Source of the DNA: Macrostomum lignano | Taxonomy: Eukaryota | NCBI GenBank assembly: GCA_002269645.1 | Contig: NIVC01000726.1 | Location: 57,652-121,651 of the forward strand | Reading direction: 5' to 3' | DNA length: 64,000 bases | Position numbers and translations under genes: made by a program | Part shown: positions 53,255 through 64,000 of the stretch, piece after piece | How positions within the stretch are numbered: the stretch's first letter is position 1 | Layout of the letters: each line of letters starts with the position of its first letter | Notes under the pieces: generated by a model | Told to the model about the DNA's origin: nothing | What the model saw: the letters and a program-made list of their open reading frames with translations, nothing else | Databases searched by the model: none

Positions 53255-56200
53255 GTGGACACTAAGGACAGTGAGATGGACACTAAGGACACTAAGATGG
53301 ACACTTAGGACACTGAGATGGACACTTAGGACACTGAGATGGACACTAAAGACAGTGAGATGGACACTAAGGACACTAAGATGGACACTTAGGACACTGA
53401 GATGGACACTAAGGACAGTGAGATGGACACTAAGGACACTAAGATGGACACTAAGGACACTAAGATGGACACTTAGGACACTGAGATGGACACTAAGGAC
53501 ACTGAGATGGACACTAAGGACACTAAGATGGACACTAAGGACAGTGAGATGGACACTAAGGACACTGAGATGGACACTAAGGACACTAAGATGGACACTA
53601 AGGACACTAAGATGGACACTTAGGACACTGAGATGGACACTAAGGACACTGAGATGGACACTAAGGACACTAAGATGGACACTAAGGACAGTGAGATGGA
53701 CACTAAGGACACTAAGATGGACACTTAGGACACTGAGATGGACACTAAGGACAGTGAGATGGACACTAAGGACACTAAGATGGACACTAAGGACACTAAG
53801 ATGGACACTAAGGACACTAAGATGGACACTTAGGACACTAAGATGGACACTTAGGACACTGAGATGGACACTAAGGACAGTGAGATGGACACTAAGGACA
53901 CTGAGATGGACACTAAGGACACTAAGATGGACACTAAGGACACTAAGATGGACACTTAGGACACTAAGATGGACACTTAGGACACTAAGATGGACACTAA
54001 GGACACTAAGATGGACACTAAGGACACTGAGATGGACACTTAGGACACTGAGATGGACACTAAGGACAGTGAGATGGACACTAAGGACACTGAGATGGAC
54101 ACTAAGGACACTAAGATGGACACTAAGGACACTAAGATGGACACTTAGGACACTGAGATGGACACTAAAGACAGTGAGATGGACACTTAGGACACTGAGA
54201 TGGACACTAAGGACACTGAGATGGGCACTAAGGACACTAAGATGGACACTTAGGACACTAAGATGGACACTAAGGACACTAAGATGGACACTAAGGACAC
54301 TAAGATGGACACTTAGGACACTGAGATGGACACTAAAGACAGAGAGATGGACACTAAGGACACTGAGATGGACACTTAGGGCACTGAGATGGACACTTAG
54401 GACACTAAGATGGACACTTAGGACACTAAGATGGACACTTAGGACACTGAGATGGACACTAAGGACAGTGAGATGGACACTAAGGACACTGAGATGGACA
54501 CTAAAGACAGTGAGATGGACACTAAGGACACTAAGATGGACACTTAGGACACTGAGATGGACACTAAAGACAGTGAGATGGACACTTAGGACACTGAGAT
54601 GGACACTAAGGACACTGAGATGGGCACTAAGGACACTAAGATGGACACTAAGGACACTAAGATGGACACTTAGGACACTGAGATGGACACTAAAGACAGT
54701 GAGATAGACACTAAGGACACTAAGATGGACACTTAGGACACTGAGATGGACACTAAGGACACTGAGATGGACACTAAGGACACTAAGATGGACACTAAGG
54801 ACACTAAGATGGACACTTAGGACACTGAGATGGACACTAAGGACACTGAGATGGACACTAAGGACACTAAGATGGACACTAAGGACAGTGAGATGGACAC
54901 TAAGGACACTGAGATGGACACTAAGGACACTAAGATGGACACTAAGGACACTAAGATGGACACTTAGGACACTGAGATGGACACTAAGGACACTGAGATG
55001 GACACTAAGGACACTAAGATGGACACTAAGGACACTGAGATGGACACTAAGGACACTAAGATGGACACTTAGGACACTGAGATGGACACTAAGGACAGTG
55101 AGATGGACACTAAGGACACTAAGATGGACACTAAGGACACTAAGATGGACACTAAGGACACTAAGATGGACACTTAGGACACTAAGATGGACACTTAGGA
55201 CACTGAGATGGACACTAAGGACAGTGAGATGGACACTAAGGACACTGAGATGGACACTAAGGACACTAAGATGGACACTAAGGACACTAAGATGGACACT
55301 TAGGACACTAAGATGGACACTTAGGACACTAAGATGGACACTAAGGACACTGAGATGGACACTAAGGACACTGAGATGGACACTTAAGGACACTAAGATG
55401 GACACTAAGGACACTAAGATGGACACTAAGGACACTGAGATGGACACTAAGGACACTAAGATGGACACTAAGGACACTGAGATGGACACTAAGGACACTG
55501 AGATGGACACTAAGGACACTAAGATGGACACTAAGGACACTAAGATGGACACTTAGGACACTGAGATGGACACTAAGGACAGTGAGATGGACACTAAGGA
55601 CACTAAGATGGACACTAAGGACACTGAGATGGACACTAGGACACTGAGATGGACACTAAGGACACTAAGATGGACACTAGGACACTAAGATGGACACTTA
55701 GGACACTGAGATGGACACTAAGGACACTGAGATGGACACTAAGGACACTGAGATGGACACTAAGGACACTAAGATGGACACTAAGGACAGTGAGATGGAC
55801 ACTAAGGACACTAAGATGGACACTAGGACACTGAGATGGACACTAAGGACACTGAGATGGACACTAAGGACACTAAGATGGACACTAAGGACACTAAGAT
55901 GGACACTTAGGACACTGAGATGGACACTAAGGACACTGAGATGGACACTAAGGACACTAAGATGGACACTAAGGACACTGAGATGGACACTAAGGACACT
56001 GAGATGGACACTAAGGACACTAAGATGGACACTAAGGACACTAAGATGGACACTTAGGACACTGAGATGGACACTAAGGACACTAAGATGGACACTAAGG
56101 ACACTAAGATGGACACTTAGGACACTAAGATGGACACTTAGGACACTGAGATGGACACTAAGGACACTGAGATGGACACTAAGGACACTGAGATGGACAC

Positions 56201-59200
56201 TAAGGACACTAAGATGGACACTAAGGACACTAAGATGGACACTTAGGACACTAAGATGGACACTTAGGACACTAAGATGGACACTAAGGACACTAAGATG
56301 GACACTAAGGACACTGAGATGGACACTAAGGACACTAAGATGGACACTAAGGACACTAAGATGGACACTAAGGACACTAAGATGGACACTTAGGACACTA
56401 AGATGGACACTAAGGACACTAAGATGGACACTAAGGACACTAAGATGGACACTTAGGACACTGAGATGGACACTAAAGACAGAGAGATGGACACTAAGGA
56501 CACTGAGATGGACACTTAGGGCACTGAGATGGACACTTAGGACACTAAGATGGACACTAAGGACACTAAGATGGACACTTAGGACACTGAGATGGACACT
56601 AAGGACAGTGAGATGGACACTAAGGACACTGAGATGGACACTAAGGACACTAAGATGGACACTAAGGACACTAAGATGGACACTTAGGACACTGAGATGG
56701 ACACTAAAGACAGTGAGATGGACACTTAGGACACTGAGATGGACACTAAGGACACTGAGATGGACACTAAGGACACTAAGATGGACACTAAGGACACTAA
56801 GATGGACACTTAGGACACTGAGATGGACACTAAGGACAGTGAGATGGACACTAAGGACACTAAGATGGACACTTAGGACACTGAGATGGACACTAAGGAC
56901 ACTGAGATGGACACTAAGGACACTAAGATGGACACTAAGGACACTAAGATGGACACTTAGGACACTGAGATGGACACTAAGGACACTGAGATGGACACTA
57001 AGGACACTAAGATGGACACTAAGGACACTGAGATGGACACTAAGGACACTGAGATGGACACTAAGGACACTAAGATGGACACTAAGGACACTAAGATGGA
57101 CACTTAGGACACTGAGATGGACACTAAGGACACTGAGATGGACACTAAGGACACTAAGATGGACACTAAGGACACTGAGATGGACACTAAGGACACTAAG
57201 ATGGACACTTAAGGACACTGAGATGGACACTAAGGACACTGAGATGGACACTAAGGACACTAAGATGGACACTAAGGACACTAAGATGGACACTAAGGAC
57301 ACTAAGATGGACACTAGGACACTAAGATGGACACTTAGGACACTGAGATGGACACTAAGGACACTGAGATGGACACTAAGGACACTGAGATGGACACTAA
57401 GGACACTAAGATGGACACTAAGGACACTAAGATGGACACTTAGGACACTAAGATGGACACTTAGGACACTAAGATGGACACTAAGGACACTAGATGGACA
57501 CTAAGGACACTGAGATGGACACTAAGGACACTAAGATGGACACTAAGGACACTGAGATGGACACTTAGGACACTAAGATGGACACTTAGGACACTAAGAT
57601 GGACACTTAGGACACTGAGATGGACACTAAGGACAGTGAGATGGACACTAAGGACACTGAGATGGACACTAAGGACACTAAGATGGACACTAAGGACACT
57701 AAGATGGACACTTAGGACACTGAGATGGACACTAAGGACAGTGAGATGGACACTAAGGACACTGAGATGGACACTTAGGACACTGAGATGGACACTAAGG
57801 ACACTAAGATGGACACTAGGACACTGAGATGGACACTAAGGACACTGAGATGGACACTAAGGACACTGAGATGGACACTAAGGACACTAAGATGGACACT
57901 AAGGACACTAAGATGGACACTTAGGACACTGAGATGGACACTAAGGACAGTGAGATGGACACTAAGGACACTGAGATGGACACTAAGGACACTAAGATGG
58001 ACACTAAGGACACTGAGATGGACACTAAGGACACTAAGATGGACACTAAGGACACTAAGATGGACACTTAGGACACTGAGATGGACACTAAGGACACTGA
58101 GATGGACACTAAGGACACTAAGATGGACACTAAGGACACTGAGATGGACACTAAGGACACTGAGATGGACACTAAGGACACTAAGATGGACACTAAGGAC
58201 ACTAAGATGGACACTTAGGACACTGAGATGGACACTAAGGACACTAAGATGGACACTAAGGACACTAAGATGGACACTTAGGACACTAAGATGGACACTA
58301 AAGACAGAGAGATGGACACTAAGGACACTGAGATGGACACTTAGGGCACTGAGATGGACACTTAGGACACTAAGATGGACACTAGGACACTAAGATGGAC
58401 ACTTAGGACACTGAGATGGACACTAAGGACACTAAGATGGACACTAAGGACACTGAGATGGACACTTAGGACACTGAGATGGACACTAAGGACAGTGAGA
58501 TGGACACTAAGGACACTGAGATGGACACTAAGGACACTAAGATGGACACTAAGGACACTAAGATGGACACTAGGACACTAAGATGGACACTTAGGACACT
58601 AAGATGGACACTAAGGACACTAAGATGGACACTAAGGACACTGAGATGGACACTAAGGACACTGAGATGGACACTAAGGACAGTGAGATGGACACTAAGG
58701 ACACTGAGATGGACACTAAGGACACTAAGATGGACACTAAGGACACTAAGATGGACACTTAGGACACTGAGATGGACACTAAGACAGTGAGATGGACACT
58801 AAGGACACTGAGATGGACACTAAGGACACTGAGATGGACACTAAGGACACTAAGATGGACACTAAGGACACTAAGATGGACACTTAGGACACTGAGATGG
58901 ACACTAAGGACAGTGAGATGGACACTAAGGACACTGAGATGGACACTAAGGACACTAAGATGGACACTAAGGACACTGAGATGGACACTAGGACACTGAG
59001 ATGGACACTAAGGACACTAGATGGACACTAAGGACACTAAGATGGACACTAGGACACTGAGATGGACACTAAGGACACTAAGATGGACACTAAGGACACT
59101 AAGATGGACACTTAGGACACTGAGATGGACACTAAGACACTGAGATGGACACTAAGGACACTGAGATGGACACTAGGACACTGAGATGGACACTAAGGAC

Positions 59201-62200
59201 ACTAAGATGGACACTAAGGACACTAAGATGGACACTTAGGACACTGAGATGGACACTAAGGACAGTGAGATGGACACTAAGGACACTGAGATGGACACTA
59301 AGGACACTGAGATGGACACTAAGGACACTAAGATGGACACTTAGGACACTGAGATGGACACTAAGGACACTGAGATGGACACTAAGGACACTGAGATGGA
59401 CACTAAGGACACTGAGATGGACACTAAGGACACTAAGATGGACACTAAGGACACTAAGATGGACACTAGGACACTGAGATGGACACTAAGGACACTGAGA
59501 TGGACACTAAGGACACTGAGATGGACACTAAGGACACTGAGATGGACACTAAGGACACTGAGATGGACACTAAGGACACTAAGATGGACACTAAGGACAC
59601 TAAGATGGACACTAAGGACACTGAGATGGACACTAAGGACACTGAGATGGACACTAAGGACACTAGATGGACACTAAGGACACTGAGATGGACACTAAGG
59701 ACACTGAGATGGACACTAAGGACACTAAGATGGACACTAAGGACACTGAGATGGACACTAAGGACACTGAGATGGACACTAAGGACACTGAGATGGACAC
59801 TAAGGACACTGAGATGGACACTAAGGACACTGAGATGGACACTAAGGACACTAAGATGGACACTAAGGACACTGAGATGGACACTAAGGACACTGAGATG
59901 GACACTAAGGACACTAAGATGGACACTAAGGACACTAAGATGGACACTAAGGACACTAAGATGGACACTTAGGACACTGAGATGGACACTAAGGACACTG
60001 AGATGGACACTAAGGACACTGAGATGGACACTAAGGACACTAAGATGGACACTAAGGACACTAAGATGGACACTAAGGACACTAAGATGGACACTAGGAC
60101 ACTAAGATGGACACTAAGGACACTGAGATGGACACTAAGGACACTAAGATGGACACTAAGGACACTGAGATGGACACTAAGGACACTAAGATGGACACTA
60201 AGGACACTGAGATGGACACTAAGGACACTAGATGGACACTAAGGACACTAAGATGGACACTAAGGACACTAAGATGGACACTAAGGACACTGAGATGGAC
60301 ACTAAGGACACTAAGATGGACACTAAGGACACTGAGATGGACACTAAGGACACTGAGATGGACACTAAGGACACTGAGATGGACACTAAGGACACTAAGA
60401 TGGACACTAGGACACTGAGATGGACACTTAAGGACACTGAGATGGACACTAAGGACACTAAGATGGACACTAAGGACACTGAGATGGACACTAAGGACAC
60501 TGAGATGGACACTAAGGACACTGAGATGGACACTAAGGACACTAAGATGGACACTAAGGACACTGAGATGGACACTAAGGACACTGAGATGGACACTAAG
60601 GACACTAAGATGGACACTAAGGACACTGAGATGGACACTAAGGACACTGAGATGGACACTAAGGACACTAAGATGGACACTAAGGACACTAGATGGACAC
60701 TAAGGACACTGAGATGGACACTAAGGACACTGAGATGGACACTAAGGACACTAAGATGGACACTAAGGACACTGAGATGGACACTAAGGACACTGAGATG
60801 GACACTAAGGACACTAAGATGGACACTAAGGACACTAAGATGGACACTAAGGACACTAAGATGGACACTAAGGACACTAAGATGGACACTAAGGACACTA
60901 AGATGGACACTAAGGACACTGAGATGGACACTAAGGACACTGAGATGGACACTAAGGACACTAAGATGGACACTAAGGACACTAAGATGGACACTAAGGA
61001 CACTGAGATGGACACTAAGGACACTGAGATGGACACTAAGGACACTGAGATGGACACTAAGGACACTAAGATGGACACTAAGGACACTAAGATGGACACT
61101 AAGGACACTAAGATGGACACTAAGGACACTAAGATGGACACTAAGGACACTGAGATGGACACTAAGGACACTGAGATGGACACTAAGGACACTGAGATGG
61201 ACACTAAGGACACTGAGATGGACACTAAGGACACTAAGATGGACACTAAGGACACTAAGATGGACACTAAGGACACTAGATGGACACTAAGGACACTAAG
61301 ATGGACACTAAGGACACTGAGATGGACACTAAGGACACTGAGATGGACACTAAGGACACTAAGATGGACACTAAGGACACTGAGATGGACACTAAGGACA
61401 CTGAGATGGACACTAAGGACACTAAGATGGACACTAAGGACACTGAGATGGACACTAAGGACACTGAGATGGACACTAAGGACACTAAGATGGACACTAA
61501 GGACACTAAGATGGACACTAAGGACACTGAGATGGACACTAAGGACACTGAGATGGACACTAAGGACACTAAGATGGACACTAAGGACACTTAGGACACT
61601 GAGATGGACACTAAGGACACTGAGATGGACACTAAGGACACTAAGATGGACACTAGGACACTGAGATGGACACTAAGGACACTGAGATGGACACTAAGGA
61701 CACTAAGATGGACACTAAGGACACTGAGATGGACACTAAGGACACTGAGATGGACACTAAGGACACTAAGATGGACACTAAGGACACTAAGATGGACACT
61801 TAGGACACTGAGATGGACACTAAGGACACTGAGATGGACACTAAGGACACTAAGATGGACACTAAGGACACTGAGATGGACACTAAGGACACTGAGATGG
61901 ACACTAAGGACACTAAGATGGACACTAAGGACACTAGATGGACACTAAGGACACTGAGATGGACACTAAGGACACTAAGATGGACACTAAGGACACTAAG
62001 ATGGACACTAGGACACTAAGATGGACACTTAGGACACTGAGATGGACACTAAGGACACTAAGATGGACACTAAGGACACTGAGATGGACACTAAGGACAC
62101 TAAGATGGACACTAAGGACACTGAGATGGACACTAAGGACACTAAGATGGACACTAGGACACTGAGATGGACACTAAGGACACTAAGATGGACACTAAGG

Positions 62201-64000
62201 ACACTAAGATGGACACTAAGGACACTGAGATGGACACTTAAGGACACTAAGATGGACACTAAGGACACTGAGATGGACACTAAGGACACTGAGATGGACA
62301 CTAAGGACACTAAGATGGACACTAAGGACACTAAGATGGACACTTAGGACACTGAGATGGACACTAAGGACACTAGATGGACACTAAGGACACTGAGATG
62401 GACACTAAGGACACTGAGATGGACACTAGGACACTGAGATGGACACTAAGGACACTAAGATGGACACTTAAGGACACTGAGATGGACACTAGGACACTGA
62501 GATGGACACTAAGGACACTAAGATGGACACTAAGGACACTAAGATGGACACTAAGGACACTGAGATGGACACTAAGGACACTGAGATGGACACTAAGGAC
62601 ACTGAGATGGACACTAAGGACACTAAGATGGACACTAAGGACACTGAGATGGACACTAAGGACACTAAGATGGACACTAAGGACACTAAGATGGACACTT
62701 AGGACACTGAGATGGACACTAAGGACACTGAGATGGACACTAAGGACACTAAGATGGACACTAGGACACTGAGATGGACACTAAGGACACTGAGATGGAC
62801 ACTAAGGACACTAAGATGGACACTAAGGACACTAAGAGATGGACACTAAGGACACTGAGATGGACACTAAGGACACTAAGATGGACACTAAGGACACTAA
62901 GATGGACACTAAGGACACTGAGATGGACACTTAAGGACACTGAGATGGACACTAAGGACACTAAGATGGACACTAAGGACACTGAGATGGACACTAAGGA
63001 CACTGAGATGGACACTAAGGACACTGAGATGGACACTAAGGACACTAAGATGGACACTAAGGACACTGAGATGGACACTAAGGACACTGAGATGGACACT
63101 AAGGACACTAGATGGACACTAAGGACAGTGAGATGGACACTAAGGACACTGAGATGGACACTAGGACACTAAGATGGACACTAAGGACACTGAGATGGAC
63201 ACTTAAGGACACTAGATGGACACTAAGGACACTGAGATGGACACTAAGGACACTAAGATGGACACTAAGGACACTAAGATGGACACTAAGGACACTAAGA
63301 TGGACACTAAGGACACTGAGATGGACACTAGGACACTAAGATGGACACTAGGACACTAAGATGGACACTAAGGACACTGAGATGGACACTAAGGACACTG
63401 AGATGGACACTAAGGACACTAAGATGGACACTAAGGACACTGAGATGGACACTAGGACACTAGATGGACACTAAGGACACTAATGGACACTAGGACACTG
63501 AGATGGACACTAAGGACACTGAGATGGACACTAAGGACACTGAGATGGACACTAAGGACACTAGATGGACACTAAGGACACTGAGATGGACACTAGGACA
63601 CTGAGATGGACACTAAGGACAGTGAGATGGACACTAAGGACACTGAGATGGACACTAGGACACTGAGATGGACACTAAGGACACTAAGATGGACACTAGG
63701 ACACTGAGATGGACACTAAGGACACTGAGATGGACACTAAGGACACTGAAGATGGACACTAAGGACACTAAGATGGACACTAAGGACACTAAGATGGACA
63801 CTAAGGACACTGAGATGGACACTAAGGACACTGAGATGGACACTAAGGACACTAAGATGGACACTAAGGACACTAAGATGGACACTAAGGACACTGAGAT
63901 GGACACTAAGGACACTAAGATGGACACTAAGGACACTAAGATGGACACTAGGACACTGAGATGGACACTAAGGACACTAGATGGACACTAAGGACACTAA
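53255..64000. repeat. Giant 21-bp satellite ATGGACACTAAGGACACT(A/G)AG, >10.7 kb, intronic in PKD
   Basis: About 500 units built from 9-bp and 12-bp GGACACT sub-repeats. Runs off the window end. Confidence 0.98.

Noticed and set aside
53138-63991. Long ORFs (SVHLSVL, WTLRTLR and MDTKDT repeats, up to 804 aa)
   Set aside because: Translations of a 21-bp satellite that is stop-free in several frames on both strands; frame-shifting unit indels; lies in a PKD intron.

Overview
Animal (eukaryotic) genomic DNA with spliced genes, GC-rich exons and many minisatellites. The style is consistent with a repeat-rich invertebrate such as a Macrostomum-type flatworm, but that is an inference. I reconstructed five host genes by hand, checking GT-AG sites and exon phases: the 5' end of an insulin/IGF-receptor-like gene (minus), Rab24 (minus, 3 exons), NDUFS5 with a ~70-aa N-terminal extension (minus, 2 exons), a complete 15-exon MMS19 (plus, ~992 aa), and the 3' ten exons of protein kinase D (minus). 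The remaining PKD exons lie beyond a >10.7-kb 21-bp satellite that runs off the window end. One MMS19 intron holds a Ty3/gypsy element that is 5'-truncated and lacks RT but keeps an intact integrase. An AT-rich, CpG-poor block (~10.8-21.2 kb) holds decayed DNA transposons and MITEs and is strongly enriched for the palindrome TAGGCCTA. Almost every long intron carries its own tandem array. Most ORFs in the supplied track are artefacts of these repeats.
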